Source: a virus (taxonomy: Duplodnaviria > Heunggongvirae > Uroviricota > Caudoviricetes). Taken from it: 39,005 nucleotides of DNA. The notes beneath the pieces are model-generated. The model worked only from the letters and a program-made list of their open reading frames with translations. It was not told the origin of the DNA and made no database searches. Below, piece by piece: positions 19,222 to 29,003 of this stretch (the first letter of the stretch is position 1; each line of letters opens with the position of its first letter). A program made the position numbers and the translations under genes. The stretch is taken from the IMG/VR virus record IMGVR_UViG_2521172734_000002. One strand, given 5' to 3'.

Positions 19222-19354
19222 CGGTGATCTGAACGCATTGCTGGATGAAACGGAGGCCGCCTGGGCGGTCTGTGCAGACAAAGTGGACATGATTATTGCG
19301 TGTCAGGAGCGAAACAGTGAACAAACCACAATCCCTGCGCCACGCCCTCAATAA
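19064..19354 (+). CDS. lysC: o-spanin lipoprotein (LysC/Rz1-like)
   Basis: GTG-initiated ORF in another frame overlapping the lysB 3' end; lipoprotein signal with lipobox LTLSGC. Confidence 0.6.
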   Translation: MRTRIYAAGLILLCLLTLSGCENVRYSPEVQLTVSGCPRVTPCRLDQAAPRTNGDLNALLDETEAAWAVCADKVDMIIACQERNSEQTTIPAPRPQ

Positions 19355-19748
19355 AGCAGTGCCTTATGTCCGTAATAACCCGGACAAACTGCATCTGTTT
19401 GTAGATAATGGTTCGCTGGTTGCCACCGGGGCCAGCTCCATGTCATGGGAGTATCGTTACACCCTGAACGTGGTGATAGAGGATTTCAGCGGCGACCAGA
19501 ATCTGCTGATGGCCCCGGTTTTGCTGTGGCTGCGTGATAACCAACCTGATGCCATCAATAATCCGGCATTACGGGAAAAGCTATTCACCTTTGAGGTGGA
19601 TATTCTGCGCAACGATGTCTGTGATATCAGCCTTAACCTGCAGCTGACAGAGCGTGTGGTGGTCAACACTGACGGCAGTGTGTCGAGCGTTGAAGCTATA
19701 GCGGAACCCGATGAACCTGAAGAAATGTGGACGGTGAAACGTGGCTGA
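19317..19748 (+). CDS. R: Tail completion protein R (P2 gpR-like)
   Basis: Probable GTG start at 19317 (MNKPQSLRHALNKA...); collinear with gpR (..FVDNGS..RYTLNVV..LRDNQPD..). Confidence 0.8.
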   Translation: MNKPQSLRHALNKAVPYVRNNPDKLHLFVDNGSLVATGASSMSWEYRYTLNVVIEDFSGDQNLLMAPVLLWLRDNQPDAINNPALREKLFTFEVDILRNDVCDISLNLQLTERVVVNTDGSVSSVEAIAEPDEPEEMWTVKRG

Positions 19749-20190
19749 ATTGCAGAAGGTGGACGACTGGCTGAGTGCCTTGCTGGCGAATCTGGAGCCT
19801 GCCGCAAGAAGCCGCATGATGCGCCAGCTGGCGCAGGAACTGCGCCGGACACAGCAGCAGAATATCAGGATGCAGCGCAATCCAGATGGCAGCAGTTATG
19901 AGCCGCGACGGGCAACAGCACGCAGTAAAAAAGGCCGCATCAAACGCCAGATGTTTGCAAAGCTGCGCACCACAAAATACCTGAAAACTGCCGCCAGCGC
20001 CGATTCTGCCAGCGTGCAGTTTGCTGGCAAGGTGCAGCGTATTGCCCGTGTTCATCACTACGGCCTGCGAGAACGTATTCAACGAATTAATATGTCTATT
20101 AAGTATCCATGTAGAAAGTTGTTGGGAGTTAATGAACAATTAATCATTGACTTAGAAAAATTATTAGTAGAGTATTTCGCTCAAAATTAG
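19741..20190 (+). CDS. S: Tail completion protein S (P2 gpS-like) with an AT-rich, apparently replaced C-terminal end
   Basis: MAELQKVDDWLSALLANLEPAARSRMMRQLAQELRRTQQQNIRMQRNPDGS... is gpS-like; the last ~35 codons (from about 20085) are sharply AT-rich. Confidence 0.8.
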   Translation: MAELQKVDDWLSALLANLEPAARSRMMRQLAQELRRTQQQNIRMQRNPDGSSYEPRRATARSKKGRIKRQMFAKLRTTKYLKTAASADSASVQFAGKVQRIARVHHYGLRERIQRINMSIKYPCRKLLGVNEQLIIDLEKLLVEYFAQN

Positions 20191-20207
20191 TACATCTGTG
20201 TGACAAT

Positions 20208-20591
20208 ATGCAACAGTTTATTCAGATTTTACAAACTATTTCCACATGGCCGTTTGCTTTCATCTTTGGTCTATGTATTTTATATCGTCCTATAAATATG
20301 TTGTTTAGTAGATTTATTGAAAGTAATACGGCAAAAGCTAAATTAGGATTTGTGGAGCTAGAGATTGGAGAGCTAGCTAAAAAAGGAAGAGAGGCTGTTG
20401 ATAATTTTAATGAGTTAACCATTGTTATGGCTAAGACTCGGTTGTTGGAGTTAGAGGTTACTAAAGAGAACTTTTCTGCAGCGTTTTCATCTAATCAGCA
20501 AGTTAAATTAAATGCATTGATGTTGGAGCTAGAAAAAAAGATTCATTATCTTGAGGAAGTAAGAGATGAAGGTTTATCCATTAAAAAATAA
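20208..20591 (+). CDS. Small membrane-anchored coiled-coil protein (cargo cassette gene 1)
   Basis: 127-aa ORF; N-terminal hydrophobic segment (ISTWPFAFIFGLCILY) then charged heptad-like region; AT-rich; no clear SD, so the start is uncertain. Confidence 0.45.
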   Translation: MQQFIQILQTISTWPFAFIFGLCILYRPINMLFSRFIESNTAKAKLGFVELEIGELAKKGREAVDNFNELTIVMAKTRLLELEVTKENFSAAFSSNQQVKLNALMLELEKKIHYLEEVRDEGLSIKK

Positions 20592-21780
20592 AATGGTTAT
20601 ATCTTTTTCATCCTCAGTCCATATGGCTATAATTGTGTATATCCAAGATGGATTGGTCTTATCAGATATTATCCATGAAAATAACGTGCAATCAGGTGAG
20701 ATTGATTTTGGTATACCACTTTTTGATGCAAGTGAAACAAGTGAGAAAATTGTTGATCACCTCCTGACGTTGATAGGGGATACAAAAAATTTACATATTG
20801 ATTTATTAAGGAGATACTATGATGCGCAATTAGAGCTTTATAACTCAGTTATCTCTAGTAAATTCTTAAATGAACTTTTTATCGATTGTCCTAATTTAGC
20901 GTGGGGAATTGTTTTAGATAATTATTACGGTGTTAATTTTCATACTGTTGAGTATTTGGCAAGAATAAAAAGAAAACGATTAATTTCTATTTTGGCTGGT
21001 ACTGCTGCTGAGGAAAAGATAGTAAATATACTTAAGAAGACTTCATTGCTGAATGGAAGAAAGGATGAGTTTCTCTGGCTATCACGTTGTTTAAGTAGTG
21101 ATGCTATTATTGAATCGTATAAGCATAAAAAGAATATATCTATACAGGAGCTTTATTTAGCATATAGTTATCCAATTTTTTGTGGTGCTAATTTATTGGA
21201 AAGTTTGTGCGAAGAAAAAAAAGATACTCTTCAAGATTATAAATACGGAATGATATCTCTTGAAAAGTTGGTACGGGATAGTATACGAATAGGCGAAAAC
21301 ATAGGTATAAAATCTGCCAAGACAATGGTTATGAATTGTAATAGTAGGGAAGATGTGAAAAACCTTCATGATAAGTGGTCATTACGGTTGAGAAATTCGA
21401 CGACCTATCTTGAAAAGGATATTTTCTTGGATGAGCCAAGCATACAGGTTATTGACGGAATAGAGTATATCAACTCAATAAACAAGTTGATTAAAGAGGG
21501 TAAAGAAATGAAGCACTGCTTGGCTTCATATAAAGAAAAAGTTATCAATGGTGAAAGTTATATATACAAGGTTTTAACTCGGTGGGGAGAGCGAGTAACA
21601 GTCGAGTTGGCATTGTCAAATGGTATCTATTTGCTAAAGCAAGCAAAAGGTATTTGTAATTCTCAACCTAGTGATCTCGCTCTTAATTATATTCATACAT
21701 GGTTGGAAAACGAAAACAAATACCTGAAGGAGGCTTTAGAGTTGTATGCTGGCGACTTTAAAAGAGCTATGAGTGCTTAG
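20566..21780 (+). CDS. 404-aa protein of unknown function with conserved-looking EGKEMKHCLASY motif (cargo cassette gene 2; possibly PcfJ-like)
   Basis: Long ORF with GAGGAAG RBS; overlaps gene 1 by 26 nt; AT-rich; inserted between S and V where P2 has no gene. Confidence 0.6.
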   Translation: MKVYPLKNKMVISFSSSVHMAIIVYIQDGLVLSDIIHENNVQSGEIDFGIPLFDASETSEKIVDHLLTLIGDTKNLHIDLLRRYYDAQLELYNSVISSKFLNELFIDCPNLAWGIVLDNYYGVNFHTVEYLARIKRKRLISILAGTAAEEKIVNILKKTSLLNGRKDEFLWLSRCLSSDAIIESYKHKKNISIQELYLAYSYPIFCGANLLESLCEEKKDTLQDYKYGMISLEKLVRDSIRIGENIGIKSAKTMVMNCNSREDVKNLHDKWSLRLRNSTTYLEKDIFLDEPSIQVIDGIEYINSINKLIKEGKEMKHCLASYKEKVINGESYIYKVLTRWGERVTVELALSNGIYLLKQAKGICNSQPSDLALNYIHTWLENENKYLKEALELYAGDFKRAMSA

Positions 21781-21790
21781 TTGTAAGATT

Positions 21791-21808
21791 TGTATCATAG
21801 TCCCTACA
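21791..21808 (+). promoter_or_regulatory. Late promoter activator site (TGT-N12-ACA, Ogr/Delta-type) for the V operon
   Basis: TGTatcatagtccctACA centred about 55 bp upstream of the V start. Confidence 0.45.
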
Positions 21809-21854
21809 ATTCAATATTATTTATATCTTTGATGCGTTCTTTCATTATCAAATT

Positions 21855-22433
21855 ATGAACGCACAATTAACCGAAATCATGCGCCTTATCACCAATCTGA
21901 TCCGCACTGGTGTAGTCACCGAAGTGGACCGGGAAAACTGGCTTTGCCGGGTGAAAACGGGCAACCTTGAAACCAACTGGATTAACTGGTTGACGCTGCG
22001 TGCCGGGAATGCCCGCACATGGTGGCGACCATCGGAAGGTGAGCAGGTGGTGCTGCTGAGTCTGGGTGGCAATCTGGAAACCGCCTTTGCGTTGCCCGCT
22101 GTCTATTCGAATCAGTTCGCGCCACCATCGACGTCGGCGAACGCTTGCGTGACAGAACATCCTGACGGTGGCTGGTTTGAATACGACCCCGCCACCGGGA
22201 GCTGGTATGTCAGGGGCATCAAATCAATGGTCATTGAGGCCGCTGACAACATCACCATGAAAACCAGTGAGTTTGTACTGGAGGCTGACCGCACGCGTAT
22301 TAACAGCGAAGTGGTGATCAATGGTGGCGTTACCCAGGGCGGCGGAGCGATGAGTTCTAACGGGATCGTGGTTGATGCGCATCAGCATACAGGCGTCCTG
22401 AAAGGCGGCGACACAACCGGAGGTCCGGTATGA
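21855..22433 (+). CDS. V: Baseplate assembly/spike protein V (P2 gpV-like)
   Basis: 192-aa ORF; ...NWINWLTLRAGNARTWWRPSEGEQVVLL..GGNLETAFALPAVYS collinear with gpV. Confidence 0.9.
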   Translation: MNAQLTEIMRLITNLIRTGVVTEVDRENWLCRVKTGNLETNWINWLTLRAGNARTWWRPSEGEQVVLLSLGGNLETAFALPAVYSNQFAPPSTSANACVTEHPDGGWFEYDPATGSWYVRGIKSMVIEAADNITMKTSEFVLEADRTRINSEVVINGGVTQGGGAMSSNGIVVDAHQHTGVLKGGDTTGGPV

Positions 22434-22789
22434 CGCTTTATAGCGGGATGAACAATACCAGCGGCAAAGTCATTACTGATATTGACCATCTGCGCCAGTC
22501 GGTGCGGGACATTCTGCTGACGCCGCAGGGTAGCCGCATTACCCGTCGTGAATATGGTTCCCTGCTGTTGGCACTGATAGACCAGCCACAAAATCCGGCG
22601 TTACGCCTGCAGGTCATGTCGGCAGTGTATGTGGCGCTGAGTCGCTGGGAGCCACGGCTGACGCTGGATTCCATCACCATAAACAGTAATTTTGACGGTT
22701 CAATGGTGGTGGAGCTGACCGGGCGGCGCAATAGCGGTGTGCCAGTTTCCCTTTCCGTATCAACAGGAGCAGAGAATGGCAGTGATTGA
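22430..22789 (+). CDS. W: Baseplate protein W (P2 gpW-like)
   Basis: 119-aa ORF overlapping the V stop. Confidence 0.85.
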   Translation: MTLYSGMNNTSGKVITDIDHLRQSVRDILLTPQGSRITRREYGSLLLALIDQPQNPALRLQVMSAVYVALSRWEPRLTLDSITINSNFDGSMVVELTGRRNSGVPVSLSVSTGAENGSD

Positions 22790-23684
22790 CCTTTCGCAGT
22801 TACCTGCGCCGCAAATTGTGGATGTGCCGGACTTTGAGACGCTGCTTGCCGAACGCAAGGCAGAATTTGTGGCGCTTCATCCGAAAGATGAGCAGGAAGC
22901 AGTGATGCGTACGCTGGAACTGGAATCTGAACCCGTTACCAAATTGTTGCAGGAGAACGCTTACCGTGAGTTGCTTCTGCGCCAGCGCATTAACGAAGCC
23001 GCGCAGGCGGTGATGGTGGCTTATGCCATAGGGAGCGATCTGGACCAGCTCGCTGCCAATTACAACGTGAAACGCCTGACGGTGACGCCTGCTGATAATG
23101 ACGCTGCACCGCCCGTTGCGGCTGTGATGGAAAGCGATGAAGCGTTACGCCTGCGTGTGCCTGCAGCCTTTGAGGGGCTTTCAGTTGCGGGGCCAACCGC
23201 AGCTTATGAATTTCATGCCCGAAGCGCCGACGGTCGGGTGGCGGATGCCAGTGCAACCAGTCCAGCACCTGCAGAGGTGGTGCTGACTGTCCTTAGCCGC
23301 GAAGGCGATGGAACAGCAGAAAAAGACTTGCTGGATGTGGTGGAGAAAGCCCTGAACAGTGAGAACGTCCGCCCGGTGGCTGACCGTCTGACGGTTCGCA
23401 GCGCAGAAATCATCCCGTACCGCGTGGAAGCCACCATTTTTCTCTATCCGGGACCGGAAGCAGAGCCGGTAATGGCAGCGGCAAAAGCCAGTCTGCAGAA
23501 GTACATCGCCAGTCAGACGCGTCTTGGCCGGGATATTCGCCGTAGCGCCATCTTTGCCGCCCTGCATGTTGAGGGTGTGCAGCGTGTGGAGCTGGCTTCG
23601 CCGCTGGCGGATGTGGTCCTGAACAAAACACAGGCGGCATCATGTACGCAGTGGAGCGTAACCAACGGAGGAACGGATGAATAG
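22776..23684 (+). CDS. J: Baseplate protein J (P2 gpJ-like)
   Basis: ATG 22776 after AGGAG; 302 aa. Confidence 0.85.
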   Translation: MAVIDLSQLPAPQIVDVPDFETLLAERKAEFVALHPKDEQEAVMRTLELESEPVTKLLQENAYRELLLRQRINEAAQAVMVAYAIGSDLDQLAANYNVKRLTVTPADNDAAPPVAAVMESDEALRLRVPAAFEGLSVAGPTAAYEFHARSADGRVADASATSPAPAEVVLTVLSREGDGTAEKDLLDVVEKALNSENVRPVADRLTVRSAEIIPYRVEATIFLYPGPEAEPVMAAAKASLQKYIASQTRLGRDIRRSAIFAALHVEGVQRVELASPLADVVLNKTQAASCTQWSVTNGGTDE

Positions 23685-24282
23685 TCTGCTGCCACCGGGT
23701 TCAACTTCACTGGAGCGCCGACTGGCGCAAACCTGCAGCGGGATTACTGATCTGCAGGTGCCGCTGCGTGACTTGTGGAATCCGGCAACCTGTCCGGTCA
23801 GTTTCCTGCCTTATCTCGCCTGGGCGTTCTCTGTGGATCGCTGGGACGAGAGCTGGACAGAAAGCGTCAAGCGCCAGGTGGTGAAGGATGCTTTTTATAT
23901 TCATCAGCATAAAGGGACCACCAGTGCCGTGCGGCGGGTGGTGGAGCCGTTCGGCTTTCTGATCCGCATTATTGAGTGGTGGCATACCGGAGAAACACCG
24001 GGCACGTTTCGTCTGGATATCGGCGTGCAGGACCAGGGCATCACTGAAGATACCTATCTGGAACTTGAGCGACTGATAAGCGATGCCAAACCATGTAGCC
24101 GCCACATGATCGGCATGTCCATCAACCTGCAGACCAGCGGTCCATATTGGGTGGGGGCTGCAAGCTATCTTGGCGAAGAAATCACGATCTATCCGTATAT
24201 CAACGAAACAATTATTTCTGGCGGCACCGCGCATGAAGGCGGGGCGGTCCATGTTATTGACACAATGAGAGTGAATCCATGA
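23677..24282 (+). CDS. I: Baseplate/tail protein I (P2 gpI-like)
   Basis: 201-aa ORF overlapping the J stop and the H start. Confidence 0.85.
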   Translation: MNSLLPPGSTSLERRLAQTCSGITDLQVPLRDLWNPATCPVSFLPYLAWAFSVDRWDESWTESVKRQVVKDAFYIHQHKGTTSAVRRVVEPFGFLIRIIEWWHTGETPGTFRLDIGVQDQGITEDTYLELERLISDAKPCSRHMIGMSINLQTSGPYWVGAASYLGEEITIYPYINETIISGGTAHEGGAVHVIDTMRVNP

Positions 24283-24668
24283 GCACAAAATTTTATACCC
24301 TGCTGACGGATATTGGCGCGGCGAAACTTGCCAGCGCCGCCGCGCTCGGTGTGCCTTTAAAAATTCCCCATATGGCGGTAGGCGATGGCGGCGGAACATT
24401 GCCAACGCCGGACGCAAAGCAGACAGCATTAGTAAATGAGAAACGCCGGGCTGCGCTGAATATGCTGTACATCGACCCGCAGAACAGCAGCCAGATTATT
24501 GCTGAACAGGTGATCCCTGAAAACGAGGGCGGTTGGTGGATACGTGAAGTGGGCCTGTTTGATGAGTCCGGGGCATTGATTGCCGTGGGCAACTGCCCGG
24601 AAAGCTATAAGCCGCAACTGGCTGAAGGCAGCGGGCGCACCCAGACCGTGCGCATGGTGCTGTAGTGG

Positions 24669-25985
<1,317 letters not shown>

Positions 25986-26576
25986 TAAATACGTGGATGA
26001 TGAAGTCCTGGAATTAAAGCTGTATGTGGATGACCAGATGAGAAACCACATTGCCGCACAAGATCCTCATTCCCAGTATGCGCAGAAACATAATCCGACA
26101 TTTACCGGAGAACCAAAAGCGCCGACGCCTGCAGCAGGAAATAACACCACGCGGATTGCGACCACTGAGTTTGTTCAGGCCGCTATTACTGCTCTGATTA
26201 ACGGTGCGCCAGCCACGCTGGACACACTGAAAGAAATTGCCGCAGCCATTAACAATGATCCGAAATTCAGTACCACCATTAACAATGCGCTGGCACTGAA
26301 AGCGCCGCTGTCGAGTCCGGCACTCACCGGAACGCCAACCGCACCTACTGCGGCACAGTCGGTCAACAATACACAAATTGCCACCACGGCATTTGTGAAA
26401 TCGGCGATTGCGGCAATGGTGGGTTCTGCACCTGCGGCACTGGATACACTGAACGAACTGGCGGCGGCGCTGGGGAATGACCCGAACTTTGCCACGACAA
26501 TGCTTAATGCACTGGCAGGTAAACAACCGCTGGACAATACGCTGACTAATTTGAGTGGAAAGGATGTAACTGGTCT

Positions 26577-26602
26577 TCTCACATACCTTGGTTTGGGAGA
26601 AG
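26577..26602. repeat. Putative invertase crossover site (left) inside H
   Basis: Contains TTGGTTTGGGAGAAG (26588-26602), a perfect inverted copy of 28213-28227; resembles the AAACC-AA-GGTTT core of gix/hix sites. Confidence 0.45.
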
Positions 26603-26917
26603 CCAGATATGTCATTCAGCGAGGAGCTAATGCCAATGGTGCATGGATACGCTGGTCAGATGGTGCAATAGAAGTATTTGGAACCGGTGGATCTAATGAT
26701 AATGGACTGGCTAAAGTTGTTTACCCAATTGCACTGCCTAAACTTTCACGTTTTATCAGTATCGCGGAAAGAATAAGAACGGATTACGAGAGCACACCTA
26801 ATAATGTTCACGTTTCAATGATCGTGGATGATCAAGTAACAAATACCGGCTTTTATGCCCGCTGCCAGATGTACGACGGCAGACCATCATCAAATGCTTT
26901 TTCCTGGAGGGTTTATT

Positions 26918-27115
26918 GTGCGCCTGTTTAATCCAGTTACTTTGACTGAAGTAATCCCCGGTCTTCATGACGTGACCGGGGCTATTGAATTACCGGAGGA
27001 CAACTGGTTTTTTACTATGACAGAAATTCCTCAGGGCATGGAGCTAACAATTAATGAGAAAGGCGAACCAATACTAATTGAGGTTAATCAGTCTCAGGGA
27101 ATACAGGCCAAATAA
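26918..27115 (+). CDS. Possible short tail-fibre assembly/chaperone ORF downstream of H
   Basis: GTG-initiated ORF of about 66 aa right after the fibre variable end, convergent with the alternative assembly gene; identity uncertain. Confidence 0.3.
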   Translation: MRLFNPVTLTEVIPGLHDVTGAIELPEDNWFFTMTEIPQGMELTINEKGEPILIEVNQSQGIQAK

Positions 27116-27692
27116 TATCAGGCGCGGTGCTGGTATCTGTTGCCGTCACTGCGTCAATGTAATTCAGCACCGTGTTAAGTCGGTTGGTTTCTGCCTGCGT
27201 CAGACTCCGTCCGGCCTGTAATTTCAGTTGAATCAGATTGATGGAAGCCATTGCAGTATCCATCAGCGACTGGCGCTGTGCTTCTGCTGCATCTACTGCG
27301 GCGCTATGCTGTGCCTCGGTATCCGTCACCCATTTCTCACCATTCCATTTATCGTATGGCGTTAACGGGGCGATAGTGGTTGTATTATCAGGGTAATCCC
27401 CCGGAGCTGTGATTTCTTTTGATTCTCCCGTTTCGGTGTTATAGACAACTTCACCGCGATGGTCTGGCACATATTCCCATGAGTTAAAATCTGCCGAACG
27501 GCAGATTGCATAACCAGCCTTATGTGTGCCAGGAGCATCTAAACAGGAATATGCGGGGATACCGACACCCACAGCAAGATATTCAATTGATGCAGAAATA
27601 TACTCCCGTGTCTCACTGTCATAGTTATAAACGGTAATCTCTCCTGCCTTTGTGGCAATAAATTTATTATTTAAGATGGCGTTATACATCAT
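27084..27692 (-). CDS. Tail-fibre assembly protein (alternative cassette, Tfa/U'-like)
   Basis: 202-aa ORF; inverted relative to H; overlaps the alternative fibre end; N-terminus of the lambda Tfa type (..ITVYNYDSETREYI..). Confidence 0.65.
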   Translation of the reverse strand: MMYNAILNNKFIATKAGEITVYNYDSETREYISASIEYLAVGVGIPAYSCLDAPGTHKAGYAICRSADFNSWEYVPDHRGEVVYNTETGESKEITAPGDYPDNTTTIAPLTPYDKWNGEKWVTDTEAQHSAAVDAAEAQRQSLMDTAMASINLIQLKLQAGRSLTQAETNRLNTVLNYIDAVTATDTSTAPDIIWPVFPETD

Positions 27693-28267
27693 GCAGCCCT
27701 CACAATGTAATTAAATGAAATATTACGTGGGCGTGTCTCTGCTGCACCGACAATACTGGTACTCAACCCCGTTGCCGTTCGTTTGTTATTTTTATTTCCT
27801 TCAATCAAACAGTTGTAATCATCATTACCAATTAACGAATTGGTGGCATCAATACTGTCCGGGGACAAGGCATTAGTTGTGGAACTTAAAGTCAGCATCT
27901 CGTCTGAACTTGGAAGATTTTTTAATGGTGTTTCATTGCGTGAAATACCCGCGTAAAAAAAGGACTCATGCCTGTGAGCTTCAAAAGAGTCATCCTGAAG
28001 ACTTAGCAAGGCTCGCCCCGCATCCACTCCACGTCCATCATCCCAGCCACGAATAAATTCACCGCGTAAATCAGGCAATTTATTGGTCGGGTAAGCCTTT
28101 GCCAGTTCCGGGTATTCTTCAGCAGAAAAAGCCGCACCATTGCATTTCAGCCAGCCTGTTGGCGGAGTGGCTGAAGGCCACGGAACAGGCACCCCAACCG
28201 GTAATGCAGAGCCTTCTCCCAAACCAACGTTTAAGAAAATGCAGCGATTACGACTAACTGGCATCAT
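27689..28267 (-). CDS. Alternative tail-fibre C-terminal (receptor-binding) segment Sv'
   Basis: In-frame ORF on the opposite strand spanning the right crossover site; would fuse to the H constant part after inversion; the functional segment probably starts at the crossover site, not at the ORF-track Met. Confidence 0.55.
   Translation of the reverse strand: MMPVSRNRCIFLNVGLGEGSALPVGVPVPWPSATPPTGWLKCNGAAFSAEEYPELAKAYPTNKLPDLRGEFIRGWDDGRGVDAGRALLSLQDDSFEAHRHESFFYAGISRNETPLKNLPSSDEMLTLSSTTNALSPDSIDATNSLIGNDDYNCLIEGNKNNKRTATGLSTSIVGAAETRPRNISFNYIVRAA
28211..28236. repeat. Putative invertase crossover site (right)
   Basis: TTCTCCCAAACC-AA-CGTTTAAGAAAA, an imperfect dyad of the hix/gix type; its core CTTCTCCCAAACCAA (28213-28227) is the inverted copy of 26588-26602; lies just upstream of the invertase gene. 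Confidence 0.45.
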
Positions 28268-28294
28268 CCCCGATTTTTATTCAAGGAGATGATC

Positions 28295-28861
28295 ATGCTT
28301 ATTGGTTATGTACGCGTGTCAACAAATGACCAGAACACCGATTTGCAACGTAATGCACTGAATTGCGCGGGATGTGAGCGGATTTTTGAGGACAAAATCA
28401 GTGGCACTAAGTCCGACAGACCGGGGCTTAAAAAACTGCTCAGGACACTATCGGCAGGAGACACTCTGGTTGTCTGGAAGCTGGACAGGTTGGGGCGCAG
28501 TATGCGGCATCTTGTTACGCTGATAGAAGAGTTGCGCCAGCGTGGCGTGAATTTCCGAAGCCTGACTGACAGTATTGATACCAGTACCCCAATGGGCCGT
28601 TTCTTTTTTCATGTTATGGGTGCCCTGGCTGAAATGGAACGCGAACTGATAGTTGAACGTACCAGGGCAGGGCTGGCTGCAGCTCGTGCCAAAGGCAGAG
28701 TAGGTGGACGCCGTCCTAAGTTGACCACCGAACAGTGGGCACAGATTGGGCGTTTACTTGAGGCCGGAGAATCAAGACAGCGTATTGCACTGATTTTTGA
28801 TGTAGGCGTTTCTACTATTTATAGAAAATTTCCGGCAAATAAGAGCAATGAATCTCCCTGA
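28295..28861 (+). CDS. Serine DNA invertase (Gin/Cin/Pin/Hin family)
   Basis: MLIGYVRVSTNDQNTDLQRNAL...LVVWKLDRLGRSM...GRFFFHVMGALAEMERELI, near-collinear with Gin; AAGGAG RBS 6 nt before ATG 28295. Confidence 0.9.
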   Translation: MLIGYVRVSTNDQNTDLQRNALNCAGCERIFEDKISGTKSDRPGLKKLLRTLSAGDTLVVWKLDRLGRSMRHLVTLIEELRQRGVNFRSLTDSIDTSTPMGRFFFHVMGALAEMERELIVERTRAGLAAARAKGRVGGRRPKLTTEQWAQIGRLLEAGESRQRIALIFDVGVSTIYRKFPANKSNESP

Positions 28862-28909
28862 ATCAGCATTATTTTTATTATCCCTGCAAGCAGACAAATA
28901 CCGTCATTT

Positions 28910-28927
28910 TGTGTGAATAACGGTACA
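28910..28927 (+). promoter_or_regulatory. Late promoter activator site (TGT-N12-ACA) for the FI operon
   Basis: TGTgtgaataacggtACA about 75-95 bp upstream of the FI start. Confidence 0.45.
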
Positions 28928-29003
28928 ACTGCGCTTAGCTGTTTGTCAGGCACAATCACTTCAACATAGGGCGAAGCCTAATCCAATCAGGAGGTTCGCC
29001 ACT

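Noticed and set aside
25990-26520. Internal repeats in the fibre shaft (..TTEFVQAAITALINGAPATLDTLKEIAAAINNDP.. and ..TTAFVKSAIAAMVGSAPAALDTLNELAAALGNDP..)
   Set aside because: Typical intragenic shaft repeats of P2-type tail fibres; not a mobile element or separate feature.
26014-26615. Cys/Arg-rich and Ala/Ser-rich minus-strand ORFs inside the tail-fibre gene
   Set aside because: Antisense to the fibre shaft repeats; the compositional bias reflects the coding strand's Ala/Thr-rich repeats, not an independent gene.
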